The notes below the pieces were generated by a model, which was not told the DNA's origin, searched no databases, and was given only the letters and a program-made list of their open reading frames with translations. DNA of 62,820 nucleotides, counting the filler, from Octopus bimaculoides (lineage: Eukaryota), in NCBI RefSeq assembly GCF_001194135.2. It is 6 parts of 6 records of this genome, joined end to end, with 100 filler letters (N's around TTAATTAATTAA, not from the genome) between each part and the next. Parts side by side here need not be neighbours in the genome. Positions count along the whole stretch, not along the records: positions 13,483 to 38,860 come from NC_068985.1; 5 more parts are not named here. The stretch is one strand, 5' to 3'. Numbering within the stretch: the stretch's first letter is position 1; each line of letters opens with the position of its first letter. Shown here one piece after another: positions 26,564 to 38,534 of this stretch. The position numbers were made by a program, and so were the translations under genes.

Positions 26564-26814
26564 TATTCCAAGTCATTTCTTCTGACAACTTAGGTAGATT
26601 TTTTTTTTTTTCTTTTCTGCTACTTCACATAATTGCTCCACTTTGAGGTAGGAACAAAGAATGCTTAAGAAGAATGCGGTGCAAGTTGAAGCACCATATA
26701 AAGGTTCTAAAGATAAGGTTTGAAATTGTACCCAGGTTATCAGAAGTTCAGACAAGCTTCACTTCACACTTCATGTACCTTATTGAAAAAAAGCAAATGC
26801 AAATTGAAACTAAC

Positions 26815-26899
26815 CTTCTCAAAATGACAATAAAACACACTGTTAAAGTGATGAGTGTTAGTCCACCAGCAATTCCTATTGTTAAGTAATTGACAATTT
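26815..26899 (-). CDS. Transmembrane exon of the uncharacterised receptor
   Basis: ttttttcag|AA...AG|gttagt; 85 nt, phase 1 to 2; encodes IVNYLTIGIAGGLTLITLTVCFIVIL-RR, then PKQK from the next exon (positive-inside). Confidence 0.85.
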
Positions 26900-28289
26900 C
26901 TGAAAAAAATATATATATACAGATATATATTAAAAATATATATAAAAGAAAATGCTGTTCAACAAACATGATAGACCACAGATTATGTGTAAGGAAGTAG
27001 AGTAGTTGATTCACTCAAACCTAATACATGCAAGAAAGTTATTTTGTAAAACCCAAATAGATGAAATGCACAGCACAGTTGGAGTTTTGGCTTTCACTTC
27101 ACAACCTATGAGTAAATTAATAAGTCTTTCCTCTTTAGTATGTAAGAGCAAAATTCTAAAAAAAAATCATGCTAAATTGTCTGCTATCACACGCATGCTT
27201 ATCAGAAGTTCTATACATATCTTCTATATTTCCTCACCNNNNNNNNNNNNNNNNNNNNNNNNNNNNNNNNNNNNNNNNNNNNNNNNNNNNNNNNNNNNNN
27301 NNNNNNNNNNNNNNNNNNNNNNNNNNNNNNNNNNNNNNNNNNNNNNNNNNNNNNNNNNNNNNNNNNNNNNNNNNNNNNNNNNNNNNNNNNNNNNNNNNNN
27401 NNNNNNNNNNNNNNNNNNNNNNNNNNNNNNNNNNNNNNNNNNNNNNNNNNNNNNNNNNNNNNNNNNNNNNNNNNNNNNNNNNNNNNNNNNNNNNNNNNNN
27501 NNNNNNNNNNNNNNNNNNNNNNNNNNNNNNNNNNNNNNNNNNNNNNNNNNNNNNNNNNNNNNNNNNNNNNNNNNNNNNNNNNNNNNNNNNNNNNNNNNNN
27601 NNNNNNNNNNNNNNNNNNNNNNNNNNNNNNNNNNNNNNNNNNNNNNNNNNNNNNNNNNNNNNNNNNNNNNNNNNNNNNNNNNNNNNNNNNNNNNNNNNNN
27701 NNNNNNNNNNNNNNNNNNNNNNNNNNNNNNNNNNNNNNNNNNNNNNNNNNNNNNNNNNNNNNNNNNNNNNNNNNNNNNNNNNNNNNNNNNNNNNNNNNNN
27801 NNNNNNNNNNNNNNNNNNNNNNNNNNNNNNNNNNNNNNNNNNNNNNNNNNNNNNNNNNNNNNNNNNNNNNNNNNNNNNNNNNNNNNNNNNNNNNNNNNNN
27901 NNNNNNNNNNNNNNNNNNNNNNNNNNNNNNNNNNNNNNNNNNNNNNNNNNNNNNNNNNNNNNNNNNNNNNNNNNNNNNNNNNNNNNNNNNNNNNNNNNNN
28001 NNNNNNNNNNNNNNNNAGATATAGATATATAGATATAGATATATACATACACACACACACACACTCACATAAAGGGTAAAACCTCTTCGGTCATGAACGA
28101 CCATGGGGTTGCACCTAGAATGTTCCCCTTCCGAGGCACAAGTCCAGGCAAGGTTGTTTATGGAAAACCAGAAGTCACCCATGCACACCAGCCTCCCCTT
28201 TCCACATCACTGGTGTTATCCAAGGAAAAGGCAAAGGCTGATACAGTTTGGCACCAGTGATGTCACAATTCATTTCTACAGTTGAGTGA

Positions 28290-28412
28290 ATTGGAACAAT
28301 GGGAAATAGAGTGTCTTGCTCAAAAACACAACACACAGTCCAGTCTGGGAATCAAACTTAGTACCTCATGATTGTGAGCCCAACGCTCTAGCCACTGAGC
28401 CACATGCCTTCA
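28290..28412 (-). mobile_element. Family B-like SINE head with a different downstream body
   Basis: Aligns with 2110-2229 (gtgtcttgctcaa..acacaac). Confidence 0.65.
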
Positions 28413-29904
28413 CACACATACACACATGCACACACACACACACACACAGANNNNNNNNNNATTTCTCTCACTTTCTTCTCTACTTTCAGCATAGTTTGCT
28501 TTTTTATTTTTTTAATTATTTTTTTTTCACCATTCTGCTTTTCCATTTGTCCCCTTTTTTGTTTCCAGTCCCATTGGACATTTTCCTTTCCTTTGCATTA
28601 CCCATACACTTATCTCATCTTAGAACTGCACAGCCTTATTTTGTTTGTCTATTGTAAATTTATTTTGTTTGCATATTCACATTTGTGTTGTGTGTGTTTT
28701 TGTCACTGTCTTCAACATTTGCTCACAATTCCCAGCAGCTTCACATTGTTGATGCCACCAAAAGTGAACAATATTATTGTTAAAGGCATGAAATTGTAAG
28801 GATCTTTTGGATGATATCTGATGAGGAATGAGTAATGTGTGAATTTTCTGTTGGTTTCTTTGTTGCATTTTTATTTAATTTTTGGGAACTATTTTATATA
28901 TATATATATCATCATCATCATCATCATCATGCTAACATGGGTTGGATGATTTGACTAAGGACGGGTGAACCAGATGACTGCACCAGGCTCCAATCTGATC
29001 TGGCAGAGTTTCTACAGTTGGATGCCCTTCCTAACGCCAACCATTCCAAGAGTGTNNNNNNNNNNNNNNNNNNNNNNNNNNNNNNNNNNNNNNNNNNNNN
29101 NNNNNNNNNNNNNNNNNNNNNNNNNNNNNNNNNNNNNNNNNNNNNNNNNNNNNNNNNNNNNNNNNNNNNNNNNNNNNNNNNNNNNNNNNNNNNNNNNNNN
29201 NNNNNNNNNNNNNNNNNNNNNNNNNNNNNNNNNNNNNNNNNNNNNNNNNNNNNNNNNNNNNNNNNNNNNNNNNNNNNNNNNNNNNNNNNNNNNNNNNNNN
29301 NNNNNNNNNNNNNNNNNNNNNNNNNNNNNNNNNNNNNNNNNNNNNNNNNNNNNNNNNNNNNNNNNNNNNNNNNNNNNNNNNNNNNNNNNNNNNNNNNNNN
29401 NNNNNNNNNNNNNNNNNNNNNNNNNNNNNNNNNNNNNNNNNNNNNNNNNNNNNNNNNNNNNNNNNNNNNNNNNNNNNNNNNNNNNNNNNNNNNNNNNNNN
29501 NNNNNNNNNNNNNNNNNNNNNNNNNNNNNNNNNNNNNNNNNNNNNNNNNNNNNNNNNNNNNNNNNNNNNNNNNNNNNNNNNNNNNNNNNNNNNNNNNNNN
29601 NNNNNNNNNNNNNNNNNNNNNNNNNNNNNNNNNNNNNNNNNNNNNNNNNNNNNNNNNNNNNNNNNNNNNNNNNNNNNNNNNNNNNNNNNNNNNNNNNNNN
29701 NNNTATATATATATATATATTCATTAGTATGTGAGTGTGTCTGTATGACAGGTTTCCTGCAGTTTCCATCAGCCAAATTCACCCACAAGGTATTGGTCTG
29801 TCTGAGGCTACAGTTGAAGACATTTACACAGGTGAAGTAAAGAGAAAAGTCAGAGTAAAGAATTTTATTGGTAAATTCAAACCTGTTTTAAATGGACAAT
29901 AATG

Positions 29905-30050
29905 ATCCTTTCTACTATTGGGGAGAGGAGACTAGTTGAGTACATCAACCCCAGTGTTTCACTGGTACTTAATTTATTGACCCTGAAAGGGTGAAAGGCA
30001 ATGTCGAAAGAACTTGAACTCAGAACATTGCAACGAGTGAAATACCGCTA
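29905..30050 (-). mobile_element. tRNA SINE (family D), decayed
   Basis: Reverse complement of the 45445-45897 copies. Confidence 0.7.
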
Positions 30051-30774
30051 ATAACACTTATAGTAATAACAGTTAATAGTAATAACAGTTAATAACAGTA
30101 TAATAACAATTAAAGTTACAGTGATAATTGTGATGATGATAATAATAATACTACCACTGCCACCACTAACACAACAATAATAAAGGTGGTGGTGAGGATA
30201 GTAGTAGTGTTAACCATATCAATACTGACTTGATTGAAATGTAAAATTTCTGGAAAACTGTAACAATAGAATTCTATAAAAACAGGAACATTGTTTACAA
30301 CATTCCAAAACAATTATTCCTTTAGGTGCAGTCAAAGTAAACAATCCTTGATGTACACACCAAACTATGATGTCTAAGCTGCATACCAATTAAGAAAAAC
30401 ATCTTGTCAAAAAAAGCAGGATAAATGCTAACCAAGTTGGTGCATTCACCAGATAATGACATCTAAGCCTGATACTGACTTAGTTGGCGTGCTCACTAAA
30501 TCATGACATCTAAGCTACATACTAATTGATCAAAATACAGGTCGTAACATTCAGCCTACTGGAGCCCATTGGCGGGTATTTAACGGACAAATCTAACCAT
30601 TTCACTACAGTTGTCAGTTGTGGAGCACAACTGTCACTACATAAACCTAATGATTGTGTAATGTATGAAAATACTAGATTACTCCAATATTGTAAAATTG
30701 GAAAAATTGGAAAAGTGGAAATAATAAAAGATGAAAATCAGACTAAGTTAGAATTTCATTGATTAATACATATA

Positions 30775-31650
30775 CATCATCATCATCATCGTTTAACATC
30801 AGCTTTCCATGCTGGCATGGGTTGGACGGTTTGACTGAGGGTTGGCAAGCCAGAAGACTGCACCAGGCTCTAATTTGATCTGGCAAAGTGTCTACAGTTG
30901 GATGCCCTTCCTAATGCCAGCCACTCTGAGAGTGCATTGGGTGCTTTTTACATGCCGCCAGCACAAGGGCCAGTCATGTGGTACTGGCATTGACCATGCT
31001 CAGATAGTGCTTTTTACATGTCACTGGCACAGGAGCCAGTCAGACGAAACTGGCAACGATCACACTCGAATGGTGCTTTTTATGTGCCACTGGCACAAGA
31101 GCCAGTCAGGCAGCACTGGCAATAATCACGCTCGAATGGTGCTTTTAACATGCCACTGGCACGGGTTCCAATCAGGCAGTACTCTCATTGGCCACGACAA
31201 CAATTTCACTTGCCTCGACAGGTCTTCACAAGCACAGTTTATTTCCCAATGATTGAAGGGTACTCTTTAAATGGGCTGGTTATACTGCAATAGCATAGGC
31301 CACAGTTATGGTCTCACTTGGCTTGCCGGGCCTTCTCAAGCACAGCATATCTCCAAAGGTCTCAGTCACTTGTCATTGCCTCAGTGAGGCCCAATGTTCC
31401 AAGGTCATGCTTCACCACCTCATTCCAGCTCTTCCTGGGTCTACCTCTTCCACAGGTTCTCTCTACTGCTAGGGTGTGACACTTTTTTACACAGCTGTTC
31501 TCATCCATTCACAACACATGCCATACCAGCGCAGTCGTCTCTCTTGCACACCACATCTGATGCTTCTTATCTCCAACTTTTTCTCTCAGGGTGCTTACAC
31601 TCTGTTGTATATGCACACTGACATTATACATTCAGTGGAGCATACTGGCT
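30775..31650 (-). mobile_element. RTE-type LINE 3' fragment with about four 60-66-bp tandem repeats in the 3'UTR
   Basis: Minus-strand RCGVQERRLRWYG and GRGRPRK; tandem units at about 30940-31190 (gtgcttttta..tgcca.tggcac); CAT tail. Confidence 0.8.
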
Positions 31651-31689
31651 TCATTCCTTGCAAACTTACACATGTCCTCAACAGTCATA

Positions 31690-31758
<69 letters not shown>

Positions 31759-33658
31759 TGTTAAAGGAAATAAATTCTCACTAATCTACTCCATTTATGT
31801 TTGTACATTATTTAGGATTCTGAAACTGAAATCATATGATCATATAAATGTGTGGAAAAAAGGTTATTGGTTTGTCTTGATTATGCACAAATAGATGAAT
31901 GATATGTTCCTCCACTGAATCAATCCCAAATATATCAGTGAGTTTAGTGATACTCAGAATAATGTAAAGTTAAATTTGATAATGGTAGGACTTAAATTCA
32001 AAATAGCAAGACATCAAACAATATACAATAAAGCATCTTATTTGACATCTGGTTTGAAATTAATTAATGATATGTTTAAAAAGTATGAAGCTTAAAATGC
32101 ACAGGGCACTATGGTTTTCTATCAGTTATAAGGATGTCAATGATATAAGTGGAACAAATTCAGCTGTGAGCTGAAACTAAATCTCACACACAATTTTGCA
32201 ACAAACTTCATACCACTATCAACAAATTGATCAAATATTAATTTGTTTTGGCTCTGTACAAGGCCAAAGAGAGGGTATATTTGATAGAAAAAATCAAATT
32301 ATTTTTATATTTATGGAACTTGTTTTAGTCATCCTATAGGAGATAAAAGAGAAATGATCCTCACAAGTGTTTAACTTGGAAAGAGGTAACAAATTTATCA
32401 AATAATGATTTAGTTAAACTGGCTAAAGGGATTTAAATTTTAAGAGAAAGCAAAGTGAAATTTAGTGACATCAGCAAAATAAAGTGCATCAACCAAAATT
32501 CAAAAGCCAATTATGATATCAGTTCACAAGTTTAAAATGTTTAAATAATGAACACAACTGTTAGACATCAAATTGTAAAATAAAAAAGAAACAATAGGAT
32601 AAGGTTAAAATAGAAAGGCAACAGAATTCGGATTAATATTTTGTGTGTAATAGAGTACTGGAATGTTTTCTGATTCTATCTCAAAAGAAAGAGGGAGGAA
32701 AAAAACAAGCATTTTTTTACTGCTGTGAGGTATCACTCAGACAGCACCTGGTTAAATAACAGTAGCAAAAACAAATACATCAATAAAGTGCTCAAACGTG
32801 AAGGGAGTAATATCATATAGACTAGGAGTGATCAATTCAAGAAGTACTTAGTTCTTGAAGATGTTCCAAATGACCCCAGAACTGCCATGCAAACTGACCT
32901 TAGCAGATACCTAAATGATAAAAAGTTATATGTGTGCATGTTTCCCATAAAGTTGAAAATTATGCTTTTGTGACCCAAGAGTAAAAAATATCAATTGAAT
33001 ACCAACTGAACTAAAAAATGTTGTTATATCACATATTTGTGGAAGATAAGATGTGTTTTCATGATCAGTAACTGCTACAAAATATCATATAGGTACTATT
33101 TCTTCCAAGGCAGTATGGTGTTTTTGCTAAAACAATATTCAATGCCACTCTTAGAAAAGACTTCCATGGGACTGTTATAAAAAAATATTTTAAATGCTTA
33201 GTATATCCATGCATTTCAATACATTGATAAAACATTCCAATCAAAACACCCACTAAATTCAAACACAACAGAGTTGTTATAGTTGTTTGAAACAGAAAAA
33301 AGCCTGTGTACAATTATTATGGTTAGCTGCCCTACAGAGGTGAACATTTCATTCAAAATCAGTGAAAGATAAAATATTTATGATCAATTGTTTTGAAACC
33401 TACAGATTCTCTTCCCAGATTATAAATTTACATTTGTACTCTTAATCATTAAAACACTTGGTTATGTTAGTAATTGTACCAAAACCATTTACCCGGCAAA
33501 TTCATTCTACAAGTAGAACAGTGAAAATATACCAGACTTTTCTTAAGTTCACCATGTTACTATATACTGTTGCTGTTATCTGAATTCTGAAGATAGGGAT
33601 TTGTTTCTTAGTTAGAAACCAATCTGTTTTTGTAGGAGGATATTAAGAAAGGGATATA

Positions 33659-34949
33659 CTGGATCATCCTATAAATAATGGAGCTTTTTTATACTTCTTT
33701 CATTTTTCAAAATTAAGATAAACAAACTTCTTTTTTAATCTAAAATATACTCTCCTTCATTTTCTACAACACTTTTCCATCTATCTGGTAGACATGCAAG
33801 GCCCCTCTTCCAAAATTCACTTGTCCGTGATGAAAAATACTCCTCTAGTACTGTTCTGACCTCATCTACAGAATTCATTTTTTTTTTGTCCAAACGATTT
33901 TGAAGACTGTGAAATAAATGATAATTAGATCGGGTAATGTCTCACAAATATGGTGGGTGGGGCATCTTTTCCCATTCAAACTGCTCCAGGCTTTGGAATG
34001 TCATCCTCGCTGTATGTGGACGAGCATTATCCTGATGGAAGAACACCTTTTGTCTTGAAAACAAAGACGGTTGTTTTTCTTCTAGCACTGATTTAAGCTG
34101 CTTAAGCTGCTCACAGTAGATCTCTTTTGTTATTGTTTGGTTTGGGTTTAAAAGTTCAAAGTGGACTAAACTTTTCATATCCCACCAAACAGATAACAAC
34201 ACTTTATGTGGGTGAAGACCTTTTTAGCCTGGGGTGCCGATTTTTCTCCTTTCCTTACCCACTGTCTTTGGCACTTGATATTTTTATAGAGAACCCATTT
34301 CTTGTCACCAGTCACTATTCAGTCCAAAAAAGGTTCATTTGTGAGACATGACAGCAAAGGAGAGCACACATTCACTCTCCGCACGCGATTTTAACTCGGA
34401 AAGTTTGTGAGGAACCTATTGACCCAATTTGCTGACTTTTCCAATGGCACGCAGGTGTTGATGAATGGTTGAAAGACCAAATCCAAGCTTCTCTGCTAAT
34501 TCTTCAACAGTTATGATGGGATTTTGTTCCACCAGGATTTGCAGGATGTCCTCATCAAGTTATACAGATCTTCCAGGATGAGGCTCATCTTCTAGGCTGT
34601 AGTTACCTGCTTGGAATTTCTGGAACCACCATTGACAATGGCTTACACTTATTGTCCAATCCCCATATACTGTATTAATAATCCTTGCACTTTCCATTGC
34701 GTTGTTGCCTTTATGGAACTCGTAAAGCAAAATATGCTGAATATGCTACTTTGTCACTTCCATTATAACTTTGAAAAAATAACTGTTAAAATCAAACTAC
34801 ATTTTTCAAAACTTGCAGGTATTAATTTTAAGGGAAGTTAAAATTAATACCTGTTTTTATAATAAGTTGATGTAGGTAGTTTATCATGTCCTCCTCCAAC
34901 TTTTAGTTCATGCAATTGAAAAAACCGCATTATTTATGGGATGAACCAG
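33659..34949 (-). mobile_element. Full-length (about 1.29 kb) mariner transposon, degraded
   Basis: Imperfect TIRs ctggatcatcctataaataatg / cattatttatgggatgaaccag with TA flanks; ATG at 34763; LSVWWD, FHQDNARPHT, MPHPPY; in-frame stops. Confidence 0.92.
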
Positions 34950-35170
34950 TATATATACATACATGCATACAAACATACATAAACATATGCATATATATAT
35001 ATATATATAGATATATATAGAGAGAGAGATAGAGAGAGAGATAGAGAAAGAGAGAGACACATACACACACATACATACACACAGAACAGACAGAGAAGAC
35101 CAACTTGATTGGTTAGCTCTATGGTAAAGTAATAGATTACCATACTATTTACAAGAGATCCCTATCTTAC

Positions 35171-35395
35171 CTCGTGGAAACATCCTTTTATCAACATTGT
35201 AGAAACCAGGAAGAGAGGATACTTCTTGAGAAGGCAAGAAGGAAGTGGTGTCAACGTAATGAGAAATGGTTTCAACTTCTGTAGGGTAGCTACCTGTAAT
35301 GTTCTCTTCAACTGCTTCATTTTCGTTAAACTTTGGATTACCAGAATTTGTCTTCAAAAAGAATTCTTTGAAAATTCCTTCACAGTCATCAGAAT
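35171..35395 (-). CDS. Stalk exon of the uncharacterised receptor (Ser/Thr/Pro/Glu-rich)
   Basis: tttcatttcaaag|AT...CGAG|gtaaga; 225 nt, phase 1-1, open; contains an NIT sequon. Confidence 0.75.
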
Positions 35396-35929
35396 CTTTG
35401 AAATGAAACAAAATGAGCATAAAAATAAAACTACTTTTTATTTATTATTTAAATATCAGTCTGAAACTAGTTTATTTTTAGTTCTAACTCTTCAAATAAA
35501 ATACCTGAGAGTTACTGTAAAGGGATCAACACAATATAATTATTTAAGGTATAATAAAGGCAATACACTAAATAAAACAGTGTGCACTACAGCACGTATT
35601 CTATCTCATGAAGTGAGTTAAAACTGTTGCATAAAGTTAAAATAAACCATCTGGTTCTAAGGCATTGCATCCAGAAACAAATTCCTTGCCTGTTTTAGAT
35701 ATGTTCAAGCACTTTTAAATGTCATCAATTCAGTTATTGATAATATTTAAAGTATTTTCTAATAAAAAAAACTGAATCTAACATTCTGTTATATTTTAGA
35801 ATATATATATATTTTACATCAAAATCTGTAAATTAAAAATATTATCGCTGGTATATAGGTATGTTGTAAGTTATTTGTAGTTGGTTTCCTTGTTTTTGTT
35901 TTGTTTCTTTATTCATTTTTTGTGGGAGG

Positions 35930-36320
35930 GGGTTGCATGTGGGTGGGGGTGATATTAAAAAAATTTGAAGTGTTTGGATTACAGGACACATTCACAGACA
36001 TAAGCAGTGCATTTCACTGTGGCATACTTGACTGCAATGTATAAGGAGATAATTCTCTCTGTTGTAAACAAAGAAGTTGTCTGTAAAATGTATTCCACTA
36101 TTTTCACTTCCTAGTATCTTAACAGCTGAGAAAATTTCACTTGTGGCTTCACATTATCAACATCTGATGTTAAAAAAGATATAAAACAACTGAAGGTCTC
36201 TGGAGCTATATGAACTTTGATCAATTTGGAGGAATCCATAAGTCCTTTAGGTTTTCAAGTTCTGTGTAAGGTAAATAATGAAATGGCAATCGAAATCTTG
36301 TTTCATAGAAAAAGCTTCCA
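35930..36320. repeat. Local direct duplication, copy B
   Basis: Aligns with 37650-38018 at an offset of about 1.70 kb. Confidence 0.92.
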
Positions 36321-36784
36321 AGAAGGGGGAAGGAAAAAAGGTTTACACATTCAAGATTACAGTGGTTAAAAACAATTACATGTATAAGAATATTTGAAGA
36401 AGTGAAATCTGTAGTATTAGTGAGTTATTGAAGATTTATGATGCTCTGTAAAACAATCATAGAACACTATCATAGATTATTATTGAGATTTCTCTGGATC
36501 TTTAAAAATGATTATAAATTTTGCATGCTTAGAAAACATTGAACTGACTACCCAAATTTATGTAAAATAACTGGTATCATCTGAATTTATATTAGAATAT
36601 TTGAAAAGGACATGGGCTGTTTGCATTAGTCTGGTGCCTCACTAGTTCCATCGTGCATGAATATGTGTGAACTAGCATGTATGAATGCATGTGTTCATTT
36701 TTATGTGAATGATTTGTAAATGTGAGTGTATGTATATATGGGTGTGTTTACCAAGTAGTAATAAGGTAAATATTGTGTACTTAC

Positions 36785-37105
36785 TAACATGTAAGAACCA
36801 AATCACTTTGTCACAATCATAGAAAATTGTTTGTAAATAATCTCCATCTGCAATATTTTTATTGGGAATGTTATACTGATAGTAAGGATGCATGTCTGTA
36901 TCACAGTCCTTGCATGTTTTTACATGAACTCTTTGGCTTTGAAGTATTAGCCATCTATTATTAGCAAATTTGTTAGGAATTATGCCACACGGATATATTG
37001 AATCTTTGAACTTGTGCTGTGTATACTTGTAGCATCGCACATCAAAATCCTCTTTCACTACTTTGTGCTTTGATGTAATTTCTTCACAACCCAGGATTAA
37101 AGATT
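36785..37105 (-). CDS. Extracellular exon of the uncharacterised receptor: divergent C-type-lectin-like domain
   Basis: ttacatttcag|AA...GTTA|gtaagt; 321 nt, phase 1-1, open. GC...F..RCYKY....F.DS...C, a WL motif and a late FYDC..VIWF follow CTLD spacing. The fold call is by eye. Confidence 0.75.
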
Positions 37106-37649
37106 CTGAAATGTAATTAAAAAATAATAATGTACATGAATAATACTATTTTAAAAAACAAATTAAAAAAAGGAGCAACAAAAAGTAAATAGAATGGGGA
37201 ACAATAGTGTACAGAACAGAAACTTTATATTTTGATATTCTTATATTTTAGTCTTTTGAAAGGTTTTTAAGCTGTTTAAATTAAGATGCTTTCATTAACC
37301 TTTAAGAAACCATATTCCTAATGAAAGATGGTACCCATGTTTCAGTTAATGTAAAAATTAGTAATCCTGTTGCAAGATTCAAAACCTACTTGACAAACTG
37401 ACAAGTTAAAATCATAGCAGAGCAACAGCTTTTTCATGTGATTGGCCAAGTTCTGGACCAATCAGCATCAAGACATTATGTGAGGCATCTTTTTAGAAGC
37501 TGCTAGAACATCTCTTTACAAAGCTTTTAAATAAGCATGTTTTGAGCACCAAACTTCAGTTTGTGGCTGCCCACAGCTAAGCTAACCACATACTTATTTT
37601 GTTGCTTTTAACAGTCGTTATCTTTTTTGTTTTTGTTTTTTTGTTTTTT

Positions 37650-38018
37650 GCATGTGGGTGAGGTAACATTACTAAAATTTGAAGTGTTTAGATTACAAGA
37701 CACATTCAAACATAAACAGAGCACTTATCTATTGGGGTATATGTAAAGTGTTAATATTTTTTGCTGCAAAGAAGTTGTCTGTAAAATGTATTCCACTATT
37801 TTCACTTCCTGATATCTTAACAGCTGAGAAAATTTCACTTGTGGCTTCACATTATCAACATCTGAGGCCATAGATATAAAACAACTGAAGGTCTCTGGAA
37901 TTGCATGAACTTTGACCAGTATGTCGGAATCCATAAGCCTTTTAGGTTTGCAAGTTCTGTGTAAGGTAGATAATGAACTGACAATTGGGATCTTTTGTTC
38001 ATAGAGAAAGCTTCCAAG
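37650..38018. repeat. Local direct duplication, copy A
   Basis: Aligns with 35930-36320. Confidence 0.92.
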
Positions 38019-38534
38019 TGCAGCCACACAAGTTTGCTGACATGAACCCAGTATGTATATTTCCCCCTATCTTGGTAGCTTAATTACAAAGTCTTTTTAA
38101 TCAACTATTTGTAAGAGCTACATAATTGTCCTTCAGTATGTAAACTTTGATGTCACAATTTTTAATTCATGACCAACATGAACATTATTTCTACAGTGAA
38201 ATAAAATTCTGATAATTGTTCACAAGTGCTGTGCATTCATTATACACAGCTTGATTTCAACACAGTCACCAGCATATCATATCCTTCATTTGCTGTCTAT
38301 CATAACAACAGTTAACTACAAACCTTTTGTTAATTAAGTTGATATTTGGAACACAAGTAATTAGAATGTTTTATATAAAATTATGATGGAAAGTTTTAAT
38401 TTGAAAATGAACATTCTAAAACAAGTGTGTGTGTATATATATGTTTGTGCGTCTTTGTGTGTGTACTTTTTGCTTGGCTTCACTTCATGCTCTTGCTTGA
38501 AGGGGTTGGAGTTATTCCAAGTTTGTGGTCTCAG

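Noticed and set aside
28737-28800. Plus-strand MPPKVNNIIVKGMK|gtaagg as an exon of the candidate TOP gene
   Set aside because: No partner exon found, and the frame continuing from the 14257 ATG hits a stop.
30116-30313. Hydrophobic minus-strand ORF as another TM exon
   Set aside because: Hydrophobicity comes from ATT/GTG-type repeats and the acceptor phase does not fit the receptor.
30940-31190. Regularly spaced repeats resembling a CRISPR array
   Set aside because: Whole units are homologous with no unique spacers, they lie in an RTE 3'UTR, and the DNA is eukaryotic.
33826-33860. C/D snoRNA-like GTGATGA...CTGA
   Set aside because: Lies within the antisense strand of the mariner transposase 3' end; no terminal stem.
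34816-34853. Perfect 16-bp hairpin
   Set aside because: Inside the mariner 5' leader, so it is a feature of the transposon rather than a host element.
36068-36170. Canonical C/D or H/ACA snoRNA call for the duplicated core
   Set aside because: No intact C/D pair with a kink-turn stem, and the second H/ACA hairpin would be too short; kept only as an unexplained conserved element.
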